A stretch of 64,000 nucleotides of DNA. Origin: Fistulifera solaris (Eukaryota). The stretch covers positions 1,488,001 to 1,552,000 of the forward strand of contig AP026123.1 of assembly GCA_030295235.1 (NCBI GenBank). Direction: 5' to 3'. Each line of letters starts with the position of its first letter. Positions within the stretch are counted from its first letter, which is position 1. Shown piece by piece: positions 13,452 through 24,493 of this stretch. Position numbers and translations under genes: made by a program. Under the pieces are notes generated by a model that had not been told where the DNA came from, did not search any database, and saw nothing but the letters and a program-made list of their open reading frames with translations.

Positions 13452-13533
13452 CCGTAGTCAGGCGCCTTACCATTGGGCCAACGGGAATGTTCGACGATTT
13501 CCCGCCCGGGATTCGAACCCGGAATCTCCTGAT
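13452..13533 (-). tRNA. circularly permuted tRNA-Arg(ACG): 3' half 13533-13498, 10-nt spacer 13497-13488, 5' half 13487-13452
   Basis: Minus strand reads ATCAGGAGATTCCGGGTTCGAATCCCGGGCGGGAAA-tcgtcgaaca-TTCCCGTTGGCCCAATGGTAAGGCGCCTGACTACGG. The swapped halves give a 72-nt cloverleaf: acceptor TTCCCGT/GCGGGAA, D stem GCC/GGC, anticodon stem CCTGA/TCAGG with loop CT-ACG-GA, T stem CCGGG/CCCGG with loop TTCGAAT. Confidence 0.92.
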
Positions 13534-13570
13534 ACACTAACTGAACGCTGTCGATAACAGGAGCAATTGG

Positions 13571-13578
13571 TTATATAA
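13571..13578 (-). promoter_or_regulatory. TATA-like box upstream of the permuted tRNA
   Basis: TTATATAA lies ~38 nt upstream of the 3' half on the minus strand. Confidence 0.5.
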
Positions 13579-13739
13579 ACACCACACTTGAGATCCTCTC
13601 TTGACTGAAATTTCAAGTAATGCGGTAGAGGGTAAGTGGATGGTACACTTTCTCCCAGTCATCCAGTACCGCACAAGTACGCGATGCGACAAATAATAAT
13701 TCTCTCATCGCCCTTCCGTCGACCCAAGTAAAAAATGAA

Positions 13740-14145
13740 ACAGCAAAAGTATGATCTCACTGGATGTGAACTGTCGAACGGTTGCCGAAGTAGGGCAAAG
13801 GAAAAAGGAACAGAAAAGCAGCCGTCAGCCAGCCGTAGTCCAGCCGTAGTCGTATTGGTCTCTGTCATAAAAAAGCAAAAAGTACGATCTCGAATGGATG
13901 TGAACTGTCTATCGAACACGGGCGGACGAACGCAACGCGAAACGACCGCGTAACGCGTACTGTAAACCAAAAGAACCGCGCACCCAGCACAACCACAACC
14001 CACAACCCACAACGGCCGACCTCTCCGCTCCGTTTTCTCCACCCGGCTCCCCGCTCCGAACTCTGAACTCCGACGGTGATTTTTTTCTGTGAAAAAAGAA
14101 TTAGCAAAAAGTACGATCTTGGCTGATGTGAACCGTCCGTCGAAA
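13740..14145. repeat. three diverged copies of a ~40-bp motif (GCAAAAAGTAYGATCT..GATGTGAACYGTC..TCGAA)
   Basis: Copies begin near 13742, 13874 and 14103. Confidence 0.7.
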
Positions 14146-15173
14146 GAAGGTCGAGCAAATAATGCGAAACGGGACAAAGACCGCAGCGAGCTTTCCTTCG
14201 AGCTTGATGAGGAGGAGCTTGCTTCGAGCAGCATGAGCATGAGGGCCCTTGATACGACATAAGACATGATGGATTTCCTTTGACGCAAGCAAACGAAGAT
14301 CCAATTCCTGAAAACTTACCTGATGCTCACAAAGGTTTCTGCAGGCGTGGCTGTTAGGGAAAGCAATCAAAGGAAGGCCCTGGCTATCTTTGTGACTGTC
14401 GTGCCTGGCGTTTGATGGATAGTTCTTTCTTCGACCGTTTCTTTCTTTCCATGCCTTGTTTTCATTCGTCAAGTTCGTCAACAGCGTGCGAGAGAGTAAG
14501 TTGAGCCGGTGTTTAATTCGGGCCGTTTACTTACTGTCGTCCGTGCGGACCAAAATGGAAAATGGTGTCTTCGGAGAGCCATTCGGAAACAGTTCAACGA
14601 GGAGTCAAATGTCATCCGTAACTTGTTCTTTGTCGCGAAAAGGAGGAATACGAATGCGCAGCAATAATGTATAATGCGTTCTTTCAAAAGCATAGAGTGA
14701 ATGATCAATGATCGTGGTGCATGTTGCTTCGTCGTTCGAATGACATCGGCATGAGGCATGAGGGAACAGAATGCAAGATGCCAGATCCAGATGGCCACGA
14801 GAGGGGGAGAAACGTCAAAAAATGACCCGAACGAGAGTCATTTCGAGTATGTACCAAAATGTAGAGAAAGATACAGTTTGTGAAGTTCACACGTCACTCG
14901 TTTTGAATTTTGAATACTCCGGTACTGTACCTGGTACAGTACATCTTTTATTTTTGGCATTCCATTCGACGAAAACGAAAAACTAGAAATCTCTTTCTTT
15001 TTCCGAAGCCCTCGCAACAACTCGCAACGAAGATACGAAAGACGACTGACGTTCCCAATTACTCCGTATTTCAACTTGCACACGCTGAGCTTCTTGTTCA
15101 TTCTCAGACACAATTATTCGATCATTGTTCAACTTGTGTTTAGCTAAATCTACAAAAGCCTTACAAGTGAATC

Positions 15174-18100
15174 ATGGCGTCGTTTGCACCTACCAAGGTA
15201 CGTCATTTCGAGACGAATTCTCATTCGACGCGAACGAAGACACGGTAGCGAATCTCACAACATTCTTTTTCTTGAATCAGGCCAAAATGGAGGCCGAAGG
15301 CATCTCTCCTTCGGCTATTTCGGCTTTCGAATCGACTTTTAACTCGCTCGTATCAGGAAATACTGGTTTGATTCCCGAAGACACCATCTCACCGGCGCCG
15401 GACCTCGACAACGCCGAAGACTTCTCGAAAAGTATTACGGTCGATCCCGCCTTGCTCAAGGAAACCGTCGTACTCAAGCTCAATGGAGGTCTCGGTACCG
15501 GCATGGGTCTGGACAAGGCGAAATCGTTGCTCAAAGTCAAAGGCGACGATACTTTCTTGGACTTGACGGCCAAACAGGTCATGCAAATGCGCGAGGAATA
15601 CGGAATGAAGGTCAAGTTCATGCTCATGAACTCTTTTTCGACATCTCAAGATACTTTGGACTTTTTGAAAACCAAGTATCCGGGTCTGGCGTCCGAGGAA
15701 GGCCTCGAAATGATGCAAAACAAGGTCCCCAAATTGAATGCGGATACGCTCGAGGTACGTACGTTCGACATGAATCTCCGTCGTATACGTTTGACTCACA
15801 CTTCTCTATTCTTCTTCTCAGCCCGCCGTGTGTGAAACGGACCCCGACAACGAGTGGTGTCCTCCGGGTCATGGTGATTTGTATGCGGCCTTGGTCGGCT
15901 CTGGATGCTTGGACAGTTTGCTGGCCAGTGGCTTCAAGTACATGTTCGTGTCCAACTCGGACAACTTGGGGGCGGTCTTGGACTTGGCCATCTTGACCTA
16001 CTTTGCTCAAAAGGGTTCTTCGTTTATGATGGAGTGCTGTGAACGGACCGAAAACGACAAGAAGGGTGGCCATTTGGCCGTTCGCAAGGCGGATGGTCAG
16101 TTGGTGCTGCGCGAATCGGCCATGTGTGCCGACGAAGACGAAGAAGCCTTCCAGGACATTACCAAGCATCGATTTTTCAATACCAACAATCTGTGGATCC
16201 GCTTGGATATTTTGGAAGCAAATTATTGACAAGAACGGTGGCTTCATTCCGTTGCCGATGATTAAGAACAAGAAGACTGTCGACCCCAAAGATGATTCCT
16301 CGCAAGCGGTCTTTCAGTTGGAAACAGCCATGGGAGCTGCTATTGAATGCTTCGATGGCGCCACGGCCATTGTGGTGCCTCGTACACGTTTCGCGCCCGT
16401 GAAGAAATGCAGTGATTTGCTCCTTCTACGAAGTGATGCGTACACTTTGGTGGATCACAAGCCCGTTTTGAATCCGGCGTGTGGCGAAGCAGCTCCGATT
16501 ATCGACCTCGACAGCAAGGCGTACAAGCTAGTTGGTGCGCTCGAGGAAGCAACTGCGGGCGGCGTTCCGTCTTTGGTAAATTGCAAGCGTCTCAAAATCA
16601 AGGGAAAAGTTCGCATGTCGTCAAAAACGAAATTCATTGGTGACGTCGCCATCACCAACAGCAGCTCGGAGAGCAAATTCGTTCCCACGGGTGAGGTCAC
16701 CGGAAGTCACGACTTGACCGCCGCTGTCGGCATGGGTAAATTGTGCCCTACTATTGTCTCGACGGCGCCTATCGATGGACAAAAGCCGGGTACTTCCGGT
16801 CTTCGCAAGAAGGTCAAGGAATTCATGCAAGAGAATTACCTCGAAAATTTTGTCCAGTCGACGTTTGATGCTGTGAAAGCTAGTGGAACGGACGTTACCA
16901 AGGGATCTTTGGTCATTGGTGGAGATGGTCGCTACTTCAACGACCAAGCCATTCAGACGATCATCAAAATGGGTGTTGCGAACGGTGTCAAGCGCTTCTG
17001 GATCGGACAAGATGGTCTCTTGTCGACTCCTGCCGTTTCAGCTGTTATTCGAGAACGCGGACCGGGCTGGCAGTCGGCTTTCGGGGCATTTATTTTAACG
17101 GCCAGTCACAATCCCGGTGGACCAGACGAAGATTTCGGTATCAAGTACAACTGCGAGCACGGCCAGCCGGCACCGGAAAAGGTTACGGATGAAATTTATG
17201 CCAACACATGCACTATCAAGTCTTACAAGATTTGCAAGGACTTTCCTACAATCGATGTGTCCATTCCGGGTATCACCAATGTCAAGGCAGATGATGGAAG
17301 CAGCGAGGTCAATGTGGAAGTGATCAGCGCTACCGACAACCATGTTGAGTTGCTCAAATCGATCTTTGATTTTCCTGCGATCAAAGCGCTTCTCGACCGA
17401 AAGGACTTTACGATGGTGTACGATACCATGTACGGTGTGAACGGTCCATACGCAAAGAAGGTTTTCGTTGAAGAGCTTGGGCAGCCTGAAGAGATTTGCA
17501 TGAACGCTACTCCCAAGGATGACTTCAATGGTGGTCACGCCGACCCTAACCTCACCTACGCTAAGGAACTAGTGGCAAAGATGGGACTTGACCGCAACGG
17601 AATGAAAATTGATGTCCCTGCAGGAAGTGCGATTCCGGATTTTGGGGCTGCCGCTGATGGGGATGGCGACCGAAACATGATTCTGGGCAAGCAGTTTTTC
17701 GTCAGTCCTTCTGACTCGCTAGCTGTCATTGTCGCAAATGCTGATGCTATCCCATTCTTCCGCACTCAGGGTGGACTAAAAGGTGTCGCCCGTTCGATGC
17801 CTACTTCCGGGGCAGTTGACCTTGTTGCTAAAGATCTGAACTATAGTCTTTTCGAGACACCGACAGGTTGGAAATACTTTGGCAATCTGATGGATTCGAA
17901 GGAATTGTTTGGAGGCGAGGACTACACGCCGTTCATTTGCGGTGAAGAATCCTTCGGTACAGGATCGAATCACGTTCGTGAAAAGGACGGAATTTGGGCT
18001 GTTTTAGCATGGCTGCAGATTCTAGCGGTGGCCAATCCAGACGCCTCTCAACCACTAACTACAGTCGAGGATATCGTTACCGCTCATTGGCGAAAATATG

Positions 18101-18504
18101 GACGAAACTACTACTCCCGCTGGGATTTTGAGGGAGTTGATAAGGTCAAGGCGACTGCGATGATTGACAAGATGCGTTCGGATGCTGAAGCTAACACCGG
18201 AAAGACTGTCGGAAAGTACAAAATTGCCAAGGCAGACGACTTTACGTATGTTGATCCTGTTGATGGAAGTGTTTCGAAGAATCAAGGCATTCGATTCCTC
18301 ATGGAAGATGGATCTCGCATCATCTTCCGTTTGTCTGGCACAGCCGGTTCCGGTGCCACTGTTCGTATGTACATCGAGCAGTATGAACCGGAAAAGATCG
18401 ACATGGTTGCTTCCGAGGCGCTGAGTGATTTGATTCGTATCGCCTTGGACCTTTGCGACATTAAAGGGTTCGTCGGTACCGAGGAACCTACTGTCATTAC
18501 TTAA
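15174..18504 (+). CDS. UGP/PGM: fused UDP-glucose pyrophosphorylase / phosphoglucomutase
   Basis: UGPase motifs LKLNGGLGTGMG, WCPPGHGD, VSNSDNLGA and LETAMGAAI, followed by PGM motifs GQKPGTSGLRKK, TASHNPGG, DGDGDRN, CGEESFG and FRLSGT. Introns 15198-15280 and 15755-15821; frameshift near 16215. Confidence 0.95.
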
Positions 18505-18646
18505 GCTGCACGTGTAGCTCTTATTTGAGAACCAGTAAGTGTTTTAAAAAAGACAAGCCGTAGTGCAATATAGCTATTTCTATACATGTTGTTTATGAAA
18601 TTTTTATCAGGTTGAATGGCTTTCTTCGTCGAGTCGTCTTGCTCGC

Positions 18647-19234
18647 TTAGAATCTCGTTTGTCTTTTTTTCTCTTTTCGCTTCGAATGTTTTTCTCGTTT
18701 TCGTGCTTCTTTCTTTTGTTCCTTTTTCGCCTTTTTTCTTTTTCTCTTCCTTCTTTCCCTCGAAGAATCATCATCGGCTGGGGGTGCGAATAAGTCCTGT
18801 CCCTTTTCTATTGTAAATTGATTGGCTAACTGTTGGCCTTCATACGCGTGACCGGGAGCGGCCTGTTGTTTCTCTTCCAAATGTTTGGGCAAGCGATAAT
18901 TTTCGACGTGATCGATGCGGAGCGGTCGGTCTAAAATCTTGACACCAATGAGATTGTCGACTGCCAAAATACAGGACTGGGGGTCTTCGTACTTGACAAA
19001 GCCAAAACCTTTCGATTTACCGGTTTCCTCATCTCGAATCAAATGTGCGTCCTCTATTTCTCCGTACTGACTCAAAATGCACAATATATCACCCTCGGTC
19101 AGCTGATGGTCCAAATTTCCGACGTAGACCCAAGGGGCATGCGCAAACTGCGAGTGCCACGAACCGGCGGTTCCGGCCAGGCCCCGTTCTAATTCCTGAG
19201 CATTGATCTTCTCGATTTCTCGGATAGTATTCAT
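18647..19234 (-). CDS. RBMX2: RBMX2/Snu17 (Ist3) RRM protein, RES splicing complex
   Basis: MNTIREIEKINAQELERG..SWHSQF..WVYVGNL..LTEGDIL..SQYGE..RDEETGKSKGFGF..ILAVDNL.G..RIDHV, with a Lys/Arg-rich tail. Confidence 0.9.
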   Translation of the reverse strand: MNTIREIEKINAQELERGLAGTAGSWHSQFAHAPWVYVGNLDHQLTEGDILCILSQYGEIEDAHLIRDEETGKSKGFGFVKYEDPQSCILAVDNLIGVKILDRPLRIDHVENYRLPKHLEEKQQAAPGHAYEGQQLANQFTIEKGQDLFAPPADDDSSRERRKRKRKKAKKEQKKEARKREKHSKRKEKKRQTRF

Positions 19235-20026
19235 TTTGGTCTTACAAAAGCTTCAAGTGCAGAAAACAAGACTTCATCGCCTTTCTTTGAGATGCAATAA
19301 ACCAGTTGCATTATTTTTCCGCAGCGGCCGCCTCATGGCTGAATCAGTCACGGTTCCCTTGAACCACCACTTTGGGTCCATAGTAAATACAGCAGATACC
19401 GTTTCGCAAGGCTCTTCGTGTAAGGCAAACGCTGCTAAAGAGTATTGGATTGCTTACAACGACAAATAGTGACTAAGATATTTTGCTGAACGAACGAATT
19501 GTATAGGCAGCATTGTCGTTCGAAAGGCTATTGATTCTCACCTGAATTGCAGTCGTGGCGAAATACGGGAAGCACTTTGGTCGATAGTAAAATACGGCAC
19601 AAAACGTCAAGCAAGGCTCTTCGGCGTAAATATATAATGACGTGTAATGAAATGCTGCTAAAAAATATAACAATCTAATAACGACAAAATGAGTTCAAGA
19701 GAATTGCTGAGAGAACAAATTGTAGTCTGGAAGCGTTGTCGCTCGAAAAATTTGCTTCATGACTGAACTTCAGTCGTGGATAAGTAACAATACAGTTTGT
19801 GCTATAGTAAATTTGAGGGAGAATCTGAAGTGAATGTTTTTCGCTTCTTCGTTTTTCGCGATTGAAGACTCTAGTATTTTCTTTACATCACCAATAAGTA
19901 CATCACTACTCCTCCGGCGTCTGGCTTTTAAAAAGGTGACTTGTACACTAACAGCGGAAAGGATGCTTTTCACTATCCAACACTGGCTCATTCACATTTA
20001 AAGTTCGAAATAGTCAGTATTAGCTA

Positions 20027-20841
20027 TCATTGATTATCGAGTAACGATTGCTTTTCCCCACTACGGCCATTCTTTTCTACCGACGTCCAAGCATGGCGAG
20101 AAAATCCATGTTGGGCCGTCCGTTGAATAATAGGCGTCCGAGGATGAGGATCTTCTTCCAGAAAAGATGCGGGATAGTAACCTTTTCGAAATTCGGACTC
20201 TCGACTCAAATAAATCAAAGCAACGGCGACCAGAAAATATAAAAATCCCAAGAGCGCTTCCAGTATTCCTTTCAAGCTCCAGCAAAGAGATGCCATGAAG
20301 AAGAGCAGAGCGGGCCTTCCGACGGGGTGAAACAACACGCCAAAGTAATCTTTCAGCATTTGTCTCGTTTCCATACCACGATACGTCGTCCACGCAGTTC
20401 CTTCTGTCACACCGGATGCAAACGAATGTTCATCGTCGCCATTATTTGTATTGACGCTGCTCCGTAACGGCGACGAGAGGAGTAACGCATCGGAAAGACC
20501 GAGCAAAAAGCCAGAAACGCCAAGTAGACGGACAGAATTAACCGCGTCCATTGTAACATTATTAAATGCCACAGCCACGTCCACAGCAGCAAGAAAATGG
20601 TGGCCAAGGACAGAACAACAACGGCCGTCCGCAGTTGTTTAATACTTTCGTGTACGGCGCCACAAAACGAGTATTCATACGAGTTCGTCAGACCGATATT
20701 GGGTCGGAGTCTCGCGTTTCCGTACCACCAACTGCTTGGTACATCATCATCGTGCCGTATAGTAGGTGTTGCTACGGATCTGCCTCCTGTTTGATAAGAC
20801 CGTAACAAAGGATCGTCTTGTGAAGGATGCGGAAATGTCAT
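20027..20841 (-). CDS. COPI-associated / TVP15-like membrane protein
   Basis: Multiple TM helices with ILSVYLAFLA and YFGVLFHPVGR..LLFF motifs. Two ORFs joined by a frameshift near 20505. Confidence 0.6.
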
Positions 20842-21813
20842 TTCTAGTATTGAATACTCCGTATCAAAATTTCCACCGAATCAAACTGGGCCGTAGAGCA
20901 GGGAATACAATTTGTGGAGCGTGAAATTAAGCTTAAATTGAATTGTTGGTTGTTGTTGTTGTGTGGTACCTTCTTGTCGCGAAAGTTGAAACGTGACGAG
21001 AAGGATGACGAAGAGAATAAAAGCAGAGCGAAAAGCGCACAAAAAGGATCCAAATTGGTTTATCGTCAACAGGGTTACTGGTAGGGTATCGGTTCACGAG
21101 TGAACCAAACAGAACCTATTTTTGAAAAATTGGGTTTTGATAAAGCGACCCCCAAGGCTTTTCGACATCCTAAATCAAAATATGGTTGAAAATATTGCAG
21201 ATGGCTATTGCATTGGATTCAAGATAATTATAGCTCAATGTGCTTGCAAAATGAGCGAACGTAATGTCGCCAGGTTATTGATTCATGACTGAAAGCAGTC
21301 GGGGCGAAAAAGGTCGTCTACACTTTAGGTCTATATCAATAGAAGAACGCCGTTTCTTCACCGTAAAAAACTAGATTCAAGGGTTATCGACGCGCCAGTC
21401 TTTTGGTCTCATCATAAGAAACTGAATACAGTTTTTAAACGCGCAGAATGAACGAAAAGAAATGATTCTGGATTAATAATCCTGATCTGATTCATGACTG
21501 AAACTTAGTCGTGGTAAAGTTGATAAACCTTAGTACACTTTGCCAATTTGCTGCATACAAGCTGGACCAGAGAAAAGAATTTTTCGTTGACGTCTGTCTG
21601 ACGCAGCGTGACCGGTCAATCTTCTCTTTGCATCTACAGTTGCCGATGGATTTCTCTCCACCATGATCTTCAAAGTTCCCCTCGTTCGAACGGCAAAACG
21701 CTTTCAAGTCAAAGGAGAAAGTGTTTTTCATGCCACGAAAGTACATTATTTATGACGAATCTTTTCCAAGAAAGCAAAATATTTATTAAAACTCATTTCT
21801 TCTTTGATTGCAA

Positions 21814-24404
21814 ATGACCAACTTTCTCCCCACTTACATCGCCTCGCGGTGGCTCGCCGGCGGTGATTCCGAGTTCGGCGTGCACATTGAGTACACGGAT
21901 CTCTATGGAGCGGTCGTCTTCTTCGTGTGCATCTACTGCGCCGGTCAGTTTGCGTCGCGTGTGTTAACTATGCCGGCGTTAGTCGGCGAGATATGTTGTG
22001 GTATTCTGCTCGGTCCGCAACTGGCAGATTATGTCCCCAATCCGCAAGCGTGGGTCCTTTTCGGAGAAATCGGGTGAGTTTTCTTTTCGCAACAAGGTCC
22101 CGATTTCATCTTTTCTGTTTCTGATCCCTGCCCATCCCCTGTCTATTACAGTTTGATCCTGCTTGTTCTGGAAGCGGGTATTGATATCGATGTGTCGACG
22201 CTCAAACTCATCGGAACACGAGGTTTCTTGATTGCAGTAGTCGGAAGTGTTCTTCCGATAGGTATCGCTACCTCCTTGGCGTTAGCTCTCAACGGAACGG
22301 GCGATGTCAAAGCCGCCATTGCGGCCGGAGCGTCGTTTGCTCCCACGAGTCTGGGCATCGCCCTCAATATTCTCCGTGCGGGTGGGATTCTCAATACTCC
22401 CGTCGGTCAATTGATTATTTCGGCCGCGGTCATTGATGACATGATCGCCTTGATCATTCTTTCGCAACTGGAGTCATTGTCGGGGACGATCGACGCAGCT
22501 AGTATTCTTATTCCTATCGTGTCGGCGTTCTGCTTTTTAATTGTTGGGGGATATGTGTCTCTTTTCATCATTCCGCCTTTGCTCAAGGCGTACGTCTTGC
22601 CACGTTTCGACGATGCCGAACATGGACGGGTAGAGATGATCGTCATGTTTGCCTTTTGCTCGGCATGATGCCGGCAACCTATTACGCCAAGGCCAGTTAC
22701 TTGATGGGAGCTTTCGTGACCGGTTTGGCTTTTGCACGTCCCATGAGTTGCATGTTACTTTTGTTCGACAGTTCAAGCGTATTCTCCAATGGTTGATGCG
22801 GATATTCTTTGCCGCGAGCATCGGCTTTCAGGTACCGATCAAGGACTTTGCGGACGGAGTTGTCATCTATCAGGGATTGCTTTTCGCTTTGGCTCTCCTC
22901 GGAAAGCTGACGGTAAGTCATATACTCATTTCTATCAAAAGTCTAGAGCGGGCTCTCATGCATAATGTCTTCTTTTTCTCGCATTAAGGTCGGCTTCATG
23001 GTGCCCAATTTCACGCAGAGTCGCTCGTTTACAGAACTGCACCTGAGAGACTGTCTCATTACTGGCTTCAGTATGGCAGCGGAGGGCGAGTTTGCGTTTG
23101 TGATTGCTGTTTTCTCGGTTGATAGTGGATTGATTAGTGAAAAGCTGTATGCGTCCGTAGTTTTGGCTATCCTAATTTCGACCGTGATTCCCCCCTTTCG
23201 CGTTGCGATTTACGATTTCGTATTATAACAAAAGGGCTGAGAAAATGATTGAGAAGATTGCCAACGACGAGATGGAGCGTAATCATTTGCTCGAGGGAGA
23301 AGAAACTTTGGTGCAACAAATTCAGCTCAAGCGCGCGGTCTTTCTGTGTATTCAAACTCAGTCTCTCGGTCGCTGGGGGCTAATGCATGAGCTCATGTCA
23401 ACCATGGCAAAACTCGGGCTGGACGTTATTGATCACAGAGCTTGGCGTGAGTACTTGTGTGCTAGTTCTATGCCAGATGCCCATTTAGCGTCTCACCTGT
23501 TGTCTTTCTCTTAGATCCAAGAGGTATCGATACAACGTTGGTAAATGAAGTGTATACAAAAGATTCGATTCTTTTGGATGGAACAGGAAAAGCCGAGGAG
23601 TCTCTGAAGGAACGCCTCGTTGATATTGAATCAAAGATTCGACAAGTTGTTGGTGAAGAGGCTACGGTCAGAGTCCAGCGGTGGTATCCTGGTGTTGTCG
23701 AGGAGATCATAGAGCGAACTGAGGAGCGATCGAAAAAATCAAAACCAAAGATATCTCTAGAGCAGAGGCTTTTATCCGAAGCCGCTGCGCAACTTGATCG
23801 TAAGCAGACTCTCCAGATTAACGCCACAAAACAAAAATCGGTTGAAGAAATTCTAAAAATGATGGATGGAGAAAAAGACCCCAAAAATATTGCTTTCTCG
23901 CCTTTGGAGCTCGGAAGCAAAGAGCAGGCGCCTCGACGAAGAAGGCGGCAGAAAATGAGGAGCACGCCCGTGATTGGGGGCGACCTATTTTCGGAGATGG
24001 TCGGGGAATCTCATGCCGATGAGGAAGAGAAGAGCGATGCAAAGGACCGGAAGAAATCAAAGAATCCCTTTGATTTTGGAGTTTCAACCGGTCACAGAGC
24101 AGAGATCATTGTGGACGGCGAATCTTACGATGTCACCATTAGTAATGATACAATCAAGTCACTCCGTACTGGATTTAGCGGTGACATGCTTGACAGTCGT
24201 GGTGTTTCCATCCATGGAGTTTCCTTAAGTCCATCGTCTGGCACGGTAGCTAGTCAGTTGAAGGGGTATGTCCGTAATATGGGAGCCTTGCAGATGATTG
24301 AGGAGGAGGGCGGTTCTGAAACATCAAGCACGTCGGGGCTCACGTCTGCGACGCATACTGATGTCAAGAAAACCAGAACAATTGATGGGATGCCTCCTGT
24401 GTAA
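21814..24404 (+). CDS. cation/H+ antiporter (CPA2, Na_H_Exchanger family) with long cytosolic C-terminus
   Basis: MPALVGEICCGILLGP, GEIGLILLVLEAG, APTSLGIALNIL, AAVIDDMIAL, FFAASIG and EGEFAFVI motifs. Introns at 22074-22151, ~22913-22988 and ~23447-23514; frameshifts near 22660-22730 and 23195. Confidence 0.85.
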
Positions 24405-24493
24405 TGATTTGTAATATGGTCTGTAGGTCTTATACCAAAAATACATATCAGCCCGTTGACAGCCGACATCAATCGAGTACTTGAAGTAACTTT

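Noticed and set aside
13295..13537. 80-aa minus-strand ORF
   Set aside because: It is a chance translation through the permuted tRNA and has no protein features.
13400..13620. Explaining the tRNA halves as two tandem intron-containing tRNA genes
   Set aside because: No 5' half exists upstream of the 3' half and no 3' half downstream of the 5' half. The flanks instead hold a TATA and a T run.
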